The notes: generated by a model from the sequence alone, not told the origin. A stretch of 64,000 bases of DNA from Smithellaceae bacterium (GCA_963667845.2 CAXXVL010000002.1:3168001-3232000); one strand, 5' to 3'; shown: positions 1 through 11,586, numbered from the stretch's first letter. Translations and numbers: made by a program.

Positions 1-1119
1 TGCAATTGACGTTTTTCCCACACCTGGAGGCCCTACTAGGCAGAGTATAGGACCTTTATTCTTCTTGACCAGCGATTGCACAGCCAGATACTCGATGATT
101 CTTTCCTTCACCTTTTTTAAACCATAGTGATCTTCATCGAGAATTGTTTCCGATTCTTTCAGAGTATATTTATTTTCCGTTACCTCCGACCACGGCATAT
201 CCAATAGCCAATCAATATAGTTACGGACAACAGTCGCTTCAGCAGACATCGGCGACATCATCTGCAGTTTCTTGATCTCCTGTCTGACTTTCTTGGTTGC
301 TTCTTCAGAGAGTTTTTTCTGCTTGAGCCTCTTTTCTAAATCAGCTATTTCATTCTTGAAATCATCTTTTTCGCCCATTTCCTTCTGAATGGCGCGCATC
401 TGTTCATTGAGATAATAATCCTTTTGCGTCTTCTCCATCTGTTTCTTGACGCGACGCTTGATCTTTTCTTCAACCTGGAGGATCTCAATTTCCGAGAGCA
501 TCAGTGAATAAATAGCTTCCAGCCGTTCACCGATATTGTAAATCTCCATAATTTTTTGTTTATCTTCCAGTTTAACGTTCAAATGGGTAACAACGACATC
601 CGCCAGTTTGGACGGATCTTCAATAGCGGCAATCGTTCCCATCATTTCCACGTGAACCTTTTTACTGAGCTTGAGATAAAGTTCAAAAGATTCCTTTATG
701 CTCCGCATTAAAGCTTGTTTTCTGACATCATTGGGATCATCATCTACATCTTCAATGTCATCAACCTTTACGAGGAAAAAATCGTCATTCTTGAGATATT
801 CTTTGATCGCTCCACGAGTCTTGCCTTCAACCAGGACCTTCACCGTTCCGTCCGGCAAACGCAATAATTGAATGATGATACCTATTGTCCCAACACGATA
901 AATATCTTCTTCTGCAGGATCATCTTTCTTTGCATTCTTCTGGGCCACCATGAAAATCCCTTTTTCGTATTTCATGGCAGATTCCAGAGCGGCAATGGAT
1001 TTCTCCCGCCCGACAAACAACGGTACAATCATATGCGGAAAAACAACCACATCCCTCAGCGGCAACAGAGGGATGACGTTCGTTTTGTTTTGATCATTAT
1101 AATTTTGTTCTTCTGTCAT
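1..1119 (-). CDS. lon: ATP-dependent Lon protease, N-terminal part (runs off the left edge)
   Basis: Manual minus-strand translation from ATG at 1119: MTEEQNYNDQNKTNVIPLLPLRDVVVFPHMIVPLFVGREKSI..., later KLQMMSPMSAEATVVRNYIDW and CLVGPPGVGKTS. Lies directly downstream of clpX. Confidence 0.96.
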   Translation of the reverse strand, partial: MTEEQNYNDQNKTNVIPLLPLRDVVVFPHMIVPLFVGREKSIAALESAMKYEKGIFMVAQKNAKKDDPAEEDIYRVGTIGIIIQLLRLPDGTVKVLVEGKTRGAIKEYLKNDDFFLVKVDDIEDVDDDPNDVRKQALMRSIKESFELYLKLSKKVHVEMMGTIAAIEDPSKLADVVVTHLNVKLEDKQKIMEIYNIGERLEAIYSLMLSEIEILQVEEKIKRRVKKQMEKTQKDYYLNEQMRAIQKEMGEKDDFKNEIADLEKRLKQKKLSEEATKKVRQEIKKLQMMSPMSAEATVVRNYIDWLLDMPWSEVTENKYTLKESETILDEDHYGLKKVKERIIEYLAVQSLVKKNKGPILCLVGPPGVGKTSIA

Positions 1120-1139
1120 TCACTTTTTCCTATGTTTTT

Positions 1140-2399
1140 TTATGCAGATTCAGATTTTGTATCGTAAATCAAAATCGGTTTTTCTTTATTGACGACAACT
1201 TCTTCACTAATTACGCACTCTTTGATATCCCTTTGCGACGGAATATCATACATCACCTCCAACATTGTGTTTTCCAGAATCGAACGCAAACCACGTGCGC
1301 CGGACTTTCGTTCCATGGAAAGCTTCGCGACACAACGCAATGCACCATCGGTAAATTTCAAATTGACGTTTTCCAACTCAAATAACTTCTTATATTGTTT
1401 GATGATTGCGTCTTTCGGTTCCATGAGGATACGGACCAACGAGGCTTCATCAAGATCATCAAGAGTGGCAATAACCGGCAACCTTCCGATGAACTCCGGA
1501 ATTAAACCGAATTTGAGCAGGTCCTCGGAACGAACTTCCGATAATAGTTCTCCTACTCGCTTCTCTTTCTTGCTCTTAATTTCCGCACCAAACCCCATTG
1601 TATTGGTTCCGATTCTTTTCGATATGATCGTCTCCAAGTCATTAAAAGCTCCACCACAGATAAACAGGATATTCGTCGTATCCACCTGAATGAATTCCTG
1701 CTGAGGATGCTTTCGGCCCCCCTTTGGCGGTATATTGGCCATGGTCCCTTCCATAATTTTTAGCAGGGCTTGTTGAACACCCTCGCCGGAAACATCCCGA
1801 GTTATAGACGGGTTTCCTGATTTTTTTGCGATCTTATCTATTTCATCGATATAGACAATGCCTTTAGATGCTCGAGCGACATCATAATCGGCATTCTGCA
1901 GCAGGCTCAAAATAATATTTTCAACGTCTTCACCTACGTATCCTGCCTCTGTTAAAGTCGTCGCATCAGCTATTGTGAAGGGAACATTGAGAAATTTTGC
2001 CAATGTTTTCGCCAATAAAGTCTTTCCTGACCCTGTGGGACCGACCAGTAATACATTACTTTTCTGAATTTCAATACCATCAGTTGAGCTGACATTAGAG
2101 AAAAGTCTCTTATAATGGTTATAAACTGCAACTGATAGTATTTTTTTTGTTTTTTCCTGACCAATGACATAAGAATCAAGAAATTTCTTTATTTCCTTTG
2201 GTTCAGGCAAAACATTTTTTGGACTCTTTTCTACCGTTTTTTCTTCTTCCTCGACAATGCAGCGACACAACTCAATGCATTCATCACAAATATAAGCGGT
2301 GGGACCGGCAACTAACTTGCGAACTTCGCTTTGCATTTTTCCGCAAAATGAACAAAAAAGCATACCTTGCCCCCGATTGTCTTTACTTCTCTTAATCAC
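1140..2399 (-). CDS. clpX: ATP-dependent Clp protease ATP-binding subunit ClpX
   Basis: C4 zinc finger CSFCGK...ICDECIELC, Walker [23 protein letters not shown]. Confidence 0.98.
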   Translation of the reverse strand: MIKRSKDNRGQGMLFCSFCGKMQSEVRKLVAGPTAYICDECIELCRCIVEEEEKTVEKSPKNVLPEPKEIKKFLDSYVIGQEKTKKILSVAVYNHYKRLFSNVSSTDGIEIQKSNVLLVGPTGSGKTLLAKTLAKFLNVPFTIADATTLTEAGYVGEDVENIILSLLQNADYDVARASKGIVYIDEIDKIAKKSGNPSITRDVSGEGVQQALLKIMEGTMANIPPKGGRKHPQQEFIQVDTTNILFICGGAFNDLETIISKRIGTNTMGFGAEIKSKKEKRVGELLSEVRSEDLLKFGLIPEFIGRLPVIATLDDLDEASLVRILMEPKDAIIKQYKKLFELENVNLKFTDGALRCVAKLSMERKSGARGLRSILENTMLEVMYDIPSQRDIKECVISEEVVVNKEKPILIYDTKSESA

Positions 2400-2412
2400 C
2401 TAATTTCTCCTT

Positions 2413-3015
2413 TTATTTAACTCCGGATAACGCCGGTTTCCTTATGACTATCTCGTCAATTAACCCATATACTTTAGCTTGTGCACTGGTCATGAAATAG
2501 TCGCGTTCCGTATCGTTCATAATTTTTTCCAGTTGCTGTCCAGTTAATTCAGCCAAAATTTTGTTTAATTCATCTTTAAGTCTCAGTATTTCTCGCGCCT
2601 GGATGTCAATATCCGTTGCTTGCCCCTGAAAGCCACCTAATGGCTGATGAATCAGAATTCGCGAATGCGGAAGGGCAAATCGTTTTCCCTTCTCACCGGC
2701 CGCCAGAAGAATAGCAGCCATACTCGCTGCTTGACCCATGCACACTGTTGAAATCTGAGGCTTAATATACTGCATCGTATCATAAATCGCCATCCCCGAA
2801 CTGACATGACCGCCGGGCGAATTCAGATAGAAAAATATCTCTTTGTCCGGATCCTCAGCTTCCAGATAAAGCATTTGAGCCACAACAACATTCGCAACGT
2901 TATCGTCAATCGCGGTTCCTAAAAAAATTATTCTATCCTTTAAAAGTCTGGAATAAATGTCGAACGCTCTTTCGCCCCGCCCGTCTTGTTCGACTACCAT
3001 TGGTATCAGATTCAC
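2413..3015 (-). CDS. clpP: ATP-dependent Clp protease proteolytic subunit
   Basis: [29 protein letters not shown] motifs. Confidence 0.98.
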   Translation of the reverse strand: MNLIPMVVEQDGRGERAFDIYSRLLKDRIIFLGTAIDDNVANVVVAQMLYLEAEDPDKEIFFYLNSPGGHVSSGMAIYDTMQYIKPQISTVCMGQAASMAAILLAAGEKGKRFALPHSRILIHQPLGGFQGQATDIDIQAREILRLKDELNKILAELTGQQLEKIMNDTERDYFMTSAQAKVYGLIDEIVIRKPALSGVK

Positions 3016-4337
3016 TCAGCTGCCTCCTCATCCATCCCGACCTTTTCGATTACCTTAATATTGGCCTGCTGCTCAATAAAGTCAAACACCTTTTTCTGGA
3101 CAATTTCCGATTTCAGGGAGTTTACTCTCTCTTCATTATCATAAGCGCCTTTAACGACAGCAGGATCTGTTTGATGAATTTCTGCTAATTCTTTGATATG
3201 ATTATCAATGTCCTCTTCAGATACCGTAATAGCTTCTTTTTCCGCTATTTTCTTGATAAGCAGGAAAGACCTGACAGTCTTTTCCGCTTCCTGTTTGAAC
3301 TGATCATGCATCCGAAAACTTAATTCCATCGCACTCTTCTCCTCCATGCCGGCCGATCTCATTCTTTTTTGCGTGTCCGACATCATATAAAAGATTTGCC
3401 GTTCAACGAGTGATGGAGGTGCCTCAAATTCATTGGCTTTCAAAAGAGCTTCTATTATCTGATCCTTCAGCTTAGCGTCGCTTTGACGCTTGGATTGATC
3501 TTCCATTGACTTCCTGACGTCGTTGTTTAAATCTTCCAGAGTATTATATTTGTCAAAATTTTTAATAAAAGTTTCGTCTAATTCAGGCAGCTTTTGCTCT
3601 TTCAGGCCTTTCATCGTGACGGTAAACGAGACATCCTTTCCCGCCATTTTCTTCTCGTGATAATCCTCCGGAAAGGTCAAATTAATATCCTTTACTTCGC
3701 CTTTCTTCAACCCGACCAGTTTTTCTTCGAACCCCGGTATAAATCGATCCGATCCCAACTCCAGAAGGAAGTTATCTGATTTAAGCTCGGGCAAGGCATC
3801 ACCTTCCATCGTTCCCGCAAAATCAATGGTCACAAAGTCGCCCATCACCGCCTGCCGGTCTTCATCCACGTCCTGCATTGTGGCAAACATTTTACGAATT
3901 TCCTGCAGCCGCTTTTCCATATCTTTGTCCGATATGGAAATATTCGTTTTCACAAGTTCGATACCCTGATACCCCAGCGGTTCAAAAGTCGGTTCCGTTT
4001 CAAAAGACGCACTGAATGAAAATTCCGCATTCTCCTTCAAGCCGTCCTGCTCAATTTCCGGACGGGAAAGTGTTACAATACCTCTGTCATCAAGCTCCTG
4101 CCAATAATACTTATTGACGATGTTCGTAATCGCTTCTCCCTCGGCATCCGCTTTAAAATAGCTTTCCAGCATCTTGCGAGGAATCTTGCCCGGGCGGAAA
4201 CCTTTTATCTTGGCTTTCTTGCCAATTTCCCGATAGACAGCTTCCAGTTCATCTTTAACAAATGCCCAGGGTATGACAAATGACATCTTTTTCTTAACCT
4301 GGCTGATATCTTCTACTTTTACAGTAAGTTCACTCAC
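3012..4337 (-). CDS. tig: Trigger factor
   Basis: GFRPGKIP ribosome-binding motif, FKBP-like FIPGFEE, tig-clpP-clpX-lon synteny. Confidence 0.97.
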   Translation of the reverse strand: MSELTVKVEDISQVKKKMSFVIPWAFVKDELEAVYREIGKKAKIKGFRPGKIPRKMLESYFKADAEGEAITNIVNKYYWQELDDRGIVTLSRPEIEQDGLKENAEFSFSASFETEPTFEPLGYQGIELVKTNISISDKDMEKRLQEIRKMFATMQDVDEDRQAVMGDFVTIDFAGTMEGDALPELKSDNFLLELGSDRFIPGFEEKLVGLKKGEVKDINLTFPEDYHEKKMAGKDVSFTVTMKGLKEQKLPELDETFIKNFDKYNTLEDLNNDVRKSMEDQSKRQSDAKLKDQIIEALLKANEFEAPPSLVERQIFYMMSDTQKRMRSAGMEEKSAMELSFRMHDQFKQEAEKTVRSFLLIKKIAEKEAITVSEEDIDNHIKELAEIHQTDPAVVKGAYDNEERVNSLKSEIVQKKVFDFIEQQANIKVIEKVGMDEEAAE

Positions 4338-4379
4338 TACTTTATTTCTCCTTATATTAGATTATTTCACTCTTTCATA

Positions 4380-4466
4380 TGGTGCGAGAGAGGGGACTTG
4401 AACCCCTAACCGCTTGGGCGGGCTGGATCCTAAGTCCAGTGCGTCTGCCAATTCCGCCACTCTCGC
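4380..4466 (-). tRNA. tRNA-Leu (TAG)
   Basis: GCGAGAG/CTCTCGC acceptor stem with encoded CCA, anticodon arm CTGGA-CTTAGGA-TCCAG, long variable arm, GGTTCAAGTCC T-loop. Confidence 0.97.
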
Positions 4467-4483
4467 CTTTTAATAAATCCAGG

Positions 4484-4511
4484 ATTATATATTCATTACT
4501 TAAAATGTCAA
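4484..4511 (-). promoter_or_regulatory. sigma70 promoter for tRNA-Leu (and probably the tig-clpP-clpX-lon operon)
   Basis: Minus strand TTGACA-N16-TATAAT, perfect consensus hexamers just upstream of the tRNA. Confidence 0.75.
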
Positions 4512-4747
4512 CGCGGATCATTACCGCATAATGGAGCAAATCGAGTTAAATTACACTCTTCGTCTTTTTGCTTTCTGTAATTGATAATTACCTTTAATGC
4601 AAGAGAAAGATAACCATCGTCTCGCCTAATTCTCTTTACTTTTCTGCCTTAATCGTGATTTTTTTCGATGTTCTTTAAAAGAAATGATGAGTTGATGAAA
4701 AAAAGAGTATAAAATGAAAATCAATATGAAAAATGACAAGTTGGAAA

Positions 4748-4824
4748 TGGTCGGGGCGAGTGGATTTGAACCACCGGCCCTCTGAACCCCATTCAGATAC
4801 GCTACCAGACTGCGCCACGCCCCG
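4748..4824 (-). tRNA. tRNA-Pro (GGG)
   Basis: CGGGGCG/CGCCCCG acceptor stem with CCA, anticodon arm TCTGA-ATGGGGT-TCAGA, GGTTCAAATCC T-loop. Confidence 0.97.
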
Positions 4825-5035
4825 ACAAGTGCTGCAAAGTGTTGAGGTCATTACCACCATCATGAAATCATGTCAAGAACAAACAAAATCGAATGCCTTC
4901 TGTGCAATTAATTAAAGATTTTGTTCTTTACATTCGATAAAATATAATAATAATAAAATAAAGAAGAAATCGAAACAAAGACGCAGGTTATATTTCTTCT
5001 TGAACTAATGCTGTCATTAACGTATTATTAATACT

Positions 5036-5659
5036 ATGATAAAGAAAAGAATGCAGAATTCTTCTAAATTAATCGGAATACTGTCGGCAATTTTTCTTGT
5101 TTCGCTATTCTTGCTGCTGCTCGATGATTCTCTCGCATATGCGGATATTTATAAATATGAAGATGAAGAAGGCGTCATCCATCTGACAAACGTGCCTTCC
5201 AATCCAAAAGCCAAATATGTAATGATCCTGAGAGAAAAGAGGATTCTCTTTTCGAAAGGGATCGATATTCGTCAATATGATAAAATTATTTCTGATGCCG
5301 CCGGCAAATTTAACCTGGATATTGCGCTGATCAAGGCCGTTATCAAGGCTGAGTCAAATTTTAATCATCACGCTGTGTCGAGGGCCGGTGCAAAAGGGCT
5401 CATGCAGTTGATGCCTCAAACCGCCTCGGCATTAAAGGTTGATGATGTTTTCCATCCAGGTGAGAATATTGAAGGCGGTGCCCGCTATCTCCGATACCTG
5501 TTGAATCTTTACAGAGGGAACCTGACGCTCGCACTGGCCGCTTATAACGCAGGTGAAGGGGCAGTGGCAAAATACAATTACGGCGTGCCGCCTTATCGCG
5601 AGACGCAAAATTACATCCGGCGCGTTCTTGCCTTCTATGAATCATTCAGCAGGTCATAG
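5036..5659 (+). CDS. Lytic transglycosylase (SLT domain) with N-terminal signal and DUF4124-like segment
   Basis: ESNF, GAKGLMQLMP, ALAAYNAG motifs; IYKYEDEEGVIHLTN segment. Confidence 0.92.
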   Translation: MIKKRMQNSSKLIGILSAIFLVSLFLLLLDDSLAYADIYKYEDEEGVIHLTNVPSNPKAKYVMILREKRILFSKGIDIRQYDKIISDAAGKFNLDIALIKAVIKAESNFNHHAVSRAGAKGLMQLMPQTASALKVDDVFHPGENIEGGARYLRYLLNLYRGNLTLALAAYNAGEGAVAKYNYGVPPYRETQNYIRRVLAFYESFSRS

Positions 5660-6232
5660 GTCCTGATCCACTACCTCATCAACATAAAGATATCGTTTTA
5701 ATCTTAATAATTTTTTCTCTTTAATTCCATTAACATCCATTAACTGTTCTATTTTCTCAAACCTGATATTTTCTTTGCGCCAGTTTAAGATGCGGATAGC
5801 TAAACCGTCTCCGATCCCGGGAACTAATCTCAAATCATCCAGACTCGCCATGTTAATATCCAAAGGCAGGCCCAGTGCCAACCTTTTCTCGGCATCCATC
5901 TTCCCGATAACAATCCCCTGGTCAGCTGCGGCCGGGACGAGATGCATCTTTATCCCACTATGCAGATTTAGATCGATTTTGATATTCGGCTTAATCTTAG
6001 CTTGTGAAAACAATTGACTGGCTGTCGTTCCCGGCCGGACAAAAAAGATTCCCGACTCGCCACTTTCTTGAACGACTTCAATTATCAGATTTTTGGAATC
6101 GGATCCGGATGTCGACAGGACGGGGGTTTCGGGATCAAAGAGAAAAGGCATCAAGAAAAAAACAAGGGGAATGAACGCTAAAGTTATTGATATCGCAATC
6201 ATTCCCCTTGTCTGATGTTCAAACATCATCAT
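5654..6232 (-). CDS. comEA: ComEA-like helix-hairpin-helix DNA-binding membrane protein
   Basis: DINMASLDDLRLVPGIG and LMDVNGIKEK HhH motifs, N-terminal TM. Start moved to ATG 6232 to avoid overlap with lysC. Confidence 0.8.
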   Translation of the reverse strand: MMMFEHQTRGMIAISITLAFIPLVFFLMPFLFDPETPVLSTSGSDSKNLIIEVVQESGESGIFFVRPGTTASQLFSQAKIKPNIKIDLNLHSGIKMHLVPAAADQGIVIGKMDAEKRLALGLPLDINMASLDDLRLVPGIGDGLAIRILNWRKENIRFEKIEQLMDVNGIKEKKLLRLKRYLYVDEVVDQDL

Positions 6233-6237
6233 TCCAG

Positions 6238-7458
6238 TTATTTTTTCTTTTCCAGATGAAACGCATCGTGCAGCACGGTAACAGCCAATTCGGTATATTT
6301 TCTCTGTATTACGCAAGATATTTTTATTTCCGACGTACTGATCATCATGATATTAATGCTTTCGTCCGCCATAGTTTTGAACATTTTCGCCGCGACACCG
6401 GAATGGCTGACCATGCCCACGCCGATGATCGATATTTTGGCAACCTCATCATCCACTTCCACTTTTTTTGCACCAATTTCCTTAGCTGTTGCTTCGACGA
6501 TCTTCTGCGCTTCTTTCATGTCCTTTTTGGACACGGTGAAGGTCAGATCCGTATAACCTTGTGAACTGGCGTTTTGGATAATCATATCGACGCTGATATT
6601 GCGTTCCGACAAAGGCGTAAATAAATTCGCCGCGATGCCCGGTTTATCCGGTATATGAACAACGGTAATTTTAGCCTGATCCCGATCATACGTAATCCCT
6701 GACAGCACTTCTCTCTCCATCTCTCGATCCTCCTTCGTTACAAGTGTTCCACCTTCATCGGAAAAAGTTGATTTAACATAAACAGGCACATTATATTTTT
6801 TGGCCATTTCTACGGAACGGGGCTGCAAAACCTTAGCACCCGTCATAGCCATTTCCAACATTTCGTCGTAGGAAATCTTTTCCAGTCTTCTTGCTTTAGA
6901 ACAAACGTTGGGGTCGGTCGTATAAACGCCATCGACATCCGTATAGATATCACATCGTTCGGCGGCGAGTGCTGCAGCGAGCGCGACAGCACTCGTATCC
7001 GAGCCTCCGCGTCCCAGAGTAGTAATGTTATTATCCTCATCTACCCCCTGAAATCCGGCAACGACAACGATTGTGCCTTTCTTGATTTCTTTCTGGATAA
7101 CATCCGTATCAATCATAGATATTCTTGCTTTTTTATAGGCACTGTCCGTTTTGATTTTGACCTGAAACCCAAGAAAAGAGCGGGATCTGTATCCCATGGA
7201 ATTCAGCACAATGGACAGCAACGTAATCGTCACCTGCTCACCCGTCGAGATTAATGAATCGTACTCTCGTTCATCGGGTGCATCCGCAGCGCTGTGTGCC
7301 AGATCGATCAATCTGTTTGTCTCGCCTGCCATCGCGGAAAGCACAACAATAACATCATGACCTGCATTCTTTTCACGAATTGCCTTCAGTGCCACATTCT
7401 TTATCTTTTCAACATTCGCTACTGATGTTCCGCCATATTTCTGAACGACCAACCCCAT
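6238..7458 (-). CDS. lysC: Aspartate kinase
   Basis: VQKYGGTSV, TTLGRGGSDTSA, DVDGVYTTDP, two C-terminal ACT domains. Confidence 0.97.
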   Translation of the reverse strand: MGLVVQKYGGTSVANVEKIKNVALKAIREKNAGHDVIVVLSAMAGETNRLIDLAHSAADAPDEREYDSLISTGEQVTITLLSIVLNSMGYRSRSFLGFQVKIKTDSAYKKARISMIDTDVIQKEIKKGTIVVVAGFQGVDEDNNITTLGRGGSDTSAVALAAALAAERCDIYTDVDGVYTTDPNVCSKARRLEKISYDEMLEMAMTGAKVLQPRSVEMAKKYNVPVYVKSTFSDEGGTLVTKEDREMEREVLSGITYDRDQAKITVVHIPDKPGIAANLFTPLSERNISVDMIIQNASSQGYTDLTFTVSKKDMKEAQKIVEATAKEIGAKKVEVDDEVAKISIIGVGMVSHSGVAAKMFKTMADESINIMMISTSEIKISCVIQRKYTELAVTVLHDAFHLEKKK

Positions 7459-7461
7459 TGT

Positions 7462-7947
7462 CTAGACCTCCCCTTTGATGTCCTTAACTAATTCTAGAAC
7501 TCTTCTTTTCGGACCGCTGATTCTTATCATCCTTTTATTTTCATCAATATATGTAAAATTAACTTTTATCGTATTATCCGGGAGAGCATTTTCTATTTTT
7601 TCAGCCCATTCGATTGCAACCACGCCCTTTCCAGATACGTACTCATCGTAGCCCAAATCAATTAATTCGTCTATTTGATTTAGGCGATAAACGTCAAAGT
7701 GATAAAAATGGCATCTCCCCGGATACTCATTGATCAACGTAAAGGTCGGACTGGTAATCGCATAGTTTTCATCGACGCCAATCCCTCGCGCCAATCCACC
7801 GGTAAAGCAGGTCTTTCCAGCACCCAATTCTCCCGATAGTGCAAAAACGTCCCCCTCCCCGGCTTCTTTTCCGACAGCCATACCTAAGGCAAATGTCTGT
7901 TCGGCACTTTCGGATGCTATTTCCACAAGGATATTCTTTTTATTCAT
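7462..7947 (-). CDS. tsaE: tRNA threonylcarbamoyladenosine biosynthesis ATPase TsaE
   Basis: GELGAGKT, SPTFTL, HFDVYRL, IEWA motifs. Confidence 0.96.
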   Translation of the reverse strand: MNKKNILVEIASESAEQTFALGMAVGKEAGEGDVFALSGELGAGKTCFTGGLARGIGVDENYAITSPTFTLINEYPGRCHFYHFDVYRLNQIDELIDLGYDEYVSGKGVVAIEWAEKIENALPDNTIKVNFTYIDENKRMIRISGPKRRVLELVKDIKGEV

Positions 7948-7974
7948 TCGTTGGATAAATTTATCATTAAAAAA

Positions 7975-8355
7975 TTATTTTTCCAGCAAAACAATCGCGG
8001 ATGCGTAGCTTTTTGTATGAGTGATACTGAGATGTATTTTAGCGATGCCGGCATTTACAAAGTATTCCTGCGCTCCACCGGACAATCTTATTTCCGGTCT
8101 ACCGCTCTCTTCATTGACGACTTCGATTTCCAGCAGCTTCACTCCTCTGCCGAGACCCGTTCCAATAGCCTTCAGAAACGATTCTTTTACAGCAAAGCGG
8201 GCTCCATAATGAACCGACGCTTGGCTCGCATGGCGTCGGCAATATGTTATTTCTCCTTCAGAAAAAACTCTCGATAAGAATTTATCACCCCATTTTCGAA
8301 TGATTCTTTCCATGCGATCGTTTTCCACCAGATCAATGCCGATTCCGTATATCAT
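7975..8355 (-). CDS. acpS: Holo-[acyl-carrier-protein] synthase
   Basis: GIGIDLV, RFAVKESFLKAIGTG, LSITH motifs. Confidence 0.96.
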   Translation of the reverse strand: MIYGIGIDLVENDRMERIIRKWGDKFLSRVFSEGEITYCRRHASQASVHYGARFAVKESFLKAIGTGLGRGVKLLEIEVVNEESGRPEIRLSGGAQEYFVNAGIAKIHLSITHTKSYASAIVLLEK

Positions 8356-8363
8356 AGATTTAC

Positions 8364-9557
8364 CTAAGCATGAATAATCGCATCCGTCATTGCCGCAACT
8401 TTCTTCATTGCCGACACATCATGAACTCGGACAATGTGGCAGCCGTTTATGATAGCTGCAGCGACAGTTGCTGCAGTCCCTTCGATTCGGTCCGTAGCCA
8501 GCCCACCGATGACCTGGCCGATAAATGATTTGCGGGACGTTCCGATCAATATAGGAAGCCCCAGAATTTTCATTTCAGCAAGCTTGTTTAGGATACGGCA
8601 GTTATCTTCATATGTCTTGCCAAACCCGATTCCCGGATCGACTGCCAAATGATCCCATCCGATACCCGCCGCGATTGCCTTCTTGCAAGCATTCTTCAGA
8701 TGGCCGATAATCTCTGCCATCAGATCATCGTAGAGAAGATTCCCTGTTTGCATGTTTGCCGGTAGTCCTCTCATGTGCATCAGGATTAACGCCGCTGATC
8801 CTTTATGAACAACCGAGGCCATTTTCTTGTCACATCCGAGCGCGCTGACGTCGTTGATAATCTCTGCTCCGGCATCCAGCGATTTTTGCGCGACATGCGC
8901 TTTTGTCGTATCCACAGATATCGGAATGGTCAGTTTCCCGCAGAGGGCATCCACAACCGGCACTACTCTCGTTATTTCCTGCTGCGCGGTGACCGGCTTA
9001 GAGCCGGGACGAGTCGATTCTCCGCCAATATCTATGATATCGGCGCCCTCTTCAGCCATTTGCAGCCCGCGTTCAATGGCTTTTTTTTGCTCAAAGTAAC
9101 GGTTGCCGTCGGAAAAAGAATCTGGCGTAACATTTAAAATGCCCATAATCAAAGTTCTTCGGCCCAAAGTGATCTCACGCCTCGACGTCTTAAGAACGAA
9201 GCTGTCCCGGACATGATTACCGAGCAGATTCAGGATGTCCTGGGCAATCAAATTCAATCCAAAAGGCTGTCTTTCGATCTTCTTGGCCAGAGCACTAATC
9301 TGTTTAAAAGTCCCCATCAGTAAAATATCCGTCTTTTCAACTGCACAGGAAACACTACCACGGGCAACCGCCGCATCGGCGCCCAGCGAAAGCATTTCTT
9401 GTTTGATTATGTTGGCGATTTTGCAGGGTTGCGCGGGCAGCAGAATATTCAGATGCTGAGTCTTTGGTGCCATCGCCTCGATTCCGTATGAATCAACGCC
9501 TATTATCTTAAATATTTTAATAGCTTCTTCAATATTATTGATTTTAACGATCATCAA
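8364..9557 (-). CDS. folP: Dihydropteroate synthase with ~125-aa N-terminal extension
   Basis: MGILNVTPDSFSDG, DIGGESTRPG, DPGIGFGK, SRKSFI, RVHDV. Confidence 0.96.
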   Translation of the reverse strand: MMIVKINNIEEAIKIFKIIGVDSYGIEAMAPKTQHLNILLPAQPCKIANIIKQEMLSLGADAAVARGSVSCAVEKTDILLMGTFKQISALAKKIERQPFGLNLIAQDILNLLGNHVRDSFVLKTSRREITLGRRTLIMGILNVTPDSFSDGNRYFEQKKAIERGLQMAEEGADIIDIGGESTRPGSKPVTAQQEITRVVPVVDALCGKLTIPISVDTTKAHVAQKSLDAGAEIINDVSALGCDKKMASVVHKGSAALILMHMRGLPANMQTGNLLYDDLMAEIIGHLKNACKKAIAAGIGWDHLAVDPGIGFGKTYEDNCRILNKLAEMKILGLPILIGTSRKSFIGQVIGGLATDRIEGTAATVAAAIINGCHIVRVHDVSAMKKVAAMTDAIIHA

Positions 9558-9712
9558 AGTGCTTCACCATGTTGGAAAATGAGATTTTGAGGCATTTTGA
9601 CTTGAAAGTGTGAATAATTCCCGCAGGCGAATAGTAGACAAACAGCGCCCCAATCGGCGCTTTTCTGCCTGCAACTCGGATCTAGATCAAAAAAAGAATG
9701 AACCATTATTAT

Positions 9713-11527
9713 TTACTGCGTTTGTGCTGCATGTTCGGCAGGCAGAGCACTGCCGATGATCGCATCGATTTCCGCGCTATTAAGAACCTCTTTCTCGAGC
9801 AACTCAGCGGACAACCGGTGCAGGATTTCTATGTGCTCGCTCAAAAGCGATATGGCTTTATCATAGTTGCGTTTCACAACGGCAACAACTTCTTCATCTA
9901 TTTTTTTCGCCGTTTCTTCGCTGTAATCCTTATGGGTCGCAAATTCGCGCCCTAAAAAGATCTGTTCCTCTTTCTTCCCGTAACTGAGCGGTCCCAGTAC
10001 CTTGCTCATACCCCACTCACACACCATTTTGCGGGCAAGATTAGTAGCTCTTTCGATATCATTGCCGGCACCGGTGGTAAAATCCTTCAGAATAATTTCT
10101 TCGGCTGCTCGACCTCCCAGCAACACAGCGATATTACCTTCCAGGTATTGACTGGGATAGGTGTGCTTTTCATCGATCGGCAGCTGCTGAGTTAAGCCCA
10201 GCGCCCTGCCGCGAGGAATAATCGTTACCTTGTGAATCGGATCTGTCCCGGGAACTAAACGGGCAATCAGGGTATGACCGGACTCGTGATAGGCGGTGTT
10301 ACGCTTCTCCTCATCACTGATCACCATGCTCTTTCTTTCCGTACCCATCAGAACCTTGTCTTTGGCGAACTCGAAATCCGACATATTAACTTTATCTTTG
10401 TTCAAACGCGCGGCATTTAGTACCGCCTCATTGACCAGATTCTCGATATCGGCGCCTGATGTGCCCGGTGTCCCTCTGGCCATAATAGCGTAATCCACAT
10501 CATCTGCAGCCGGTATCTTACGCGCATGTACCTCAAATATTTTCTCCCGGCCTTTCACATCGGGTAGCGGCACCACAACCTGCCGGTCAAAACGCCCCGG
10601 ACGCAAAAGTGCCGGATCGAGAACATCCGGACGGTTGGTCGCCGACACGAGAATGACACCTTCATTGGACTCAAATCCATCCATTTCTACAAGCAACTGG
10701 TTGAGCGTCTGCTCCCTTTCGTCGTGACCACCGCCAAGGCCTGCACCCCGGTGCCGACCTACCGCGTCAATTTCATCGATAAAGATGATGCACGGCGCGT
10801 TTTTTTTTGCCTGGCTGAACAAATCACGGACCCGGGATGCTCCCACACCGACAAACATTTCCACAAAATCAGACCCGCTGATGCTCAGGAAGGGCACATC
10901 AGCTTCACCGGCAATGGCACGCGCCAGAAGCGTTTTACCCGTTCCGGGGGGACCCACCAGTAACAAACCCTTGGGAATTCTCCCTCCCAGCTTCGTGTAT
11001 TTCTTGGGATCCTTTAAGAAATCGATAACTTCTTCAAGTTCAGCCTTAGCTTCATCGACCCCGGCCACATCGGCAAACGTCACTTTTTTAGATTTGTCGG
11101 TAATCAGGCGTGCTCTGCTTTTTCCAAAAGACATGGCTTTGCCGCCGCCCGACTGCATTTGACGCATAAAGAAAATCCACACACCGATCAATAAAAGCAT
11201 CGGAAACCATGAAATAAAAATCATATACCACGGATTGTCTTCTATGGGTTTGGCCGTAATCTTTACGTTTTTCTCCCGCAACATCCCAACCAGTGAATCA
11301 TCCTTGGGAGCATACGTTTTAAACATGCTTCCGTTCGCCAGCTTACCGCTTATCGCTTCTCCCTGTATGGTAACCTCGGTAATTTCATTATTTTTAAGGT
11401 GGTTCAGCAGCTCCGTGTAATTGATATCTTTTGAATTGGGCTTCTGCTGATTAAATAGTTGCCAGACAAGCAAAAAAACTAAAAGCACCGTCAGAACGAG
11501 TGCTATATTTTTTTGAAATTGATTCAA
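9713..11527 (-). CDS. ftsH: ATP-dependent zinc metalloprotease FtsH
   Basis: Two N-terminal TMs, [11 protein letters not shown] region RPGRFDR, HESGH zinc motif. Confidence 0.98.
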   Translation of the reverse strand: MNQFQKNIALVLTVLLVFLLVWQLFNQQKPNSKDINYTELLNHLKNNEITEVTIQGEAISGKLANGSMFKTYAPKDDSLVGMLREKNVKITAKPIEDNPWYMIFISWFPMLLLIGVWIFFMRQMQSGGGKAMSFGKSRARLITDKSKKVTFADVAGVDEAKAELEEVIDFLKDPKKYTKLGGRIPKGLLLVGPPGTGKTLLARAIAGEADVPFLSISGSDFVEMFVGVGASRVRDLFSQAKKNAPCIIFIDEIDAVGRHRGAGLGGGHDEREQTLNQLLVEMDGFESNEGVILVSATNRPDVLDPALLRPGRFDRQVVVPLPDVKGREKIFEVHARKIPAADDVDYAIMARGTPGTSGADIENLVNEAVLNAARLNKDKVNMSDFEFAKDKVLMGTERKSMVISDEEKRNTAYHESGHTLIARLVPGTDPIHKVTIIPRGRALGLTQQLPIDEKHTYPSQYLEGNIAVLLGGRAAEEIILKDFTTGAGNDIERATNLARKMVCEWGMSKVLGPLSYGKKEEQIFLGREFATHKDYSEETAKKIDEEVVAVVKRNYDKAISLLSEHIEILHRLSAELLEKEVLNSAEIDAIIGSALPAEHAAQTQ

Positions 11528-11586
11528 TATAATTCTCCTTATAATGAAATATGTTTGTCGATCTTTATAATAATATCCAATTTAAC

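Noticed and set aside
4380..4824. tRNA genes as an integration site for an island or prophage
   Set aside because: No integrase, no duplicated tRNA 3' end noticed, and housekeeping genes on both sides.
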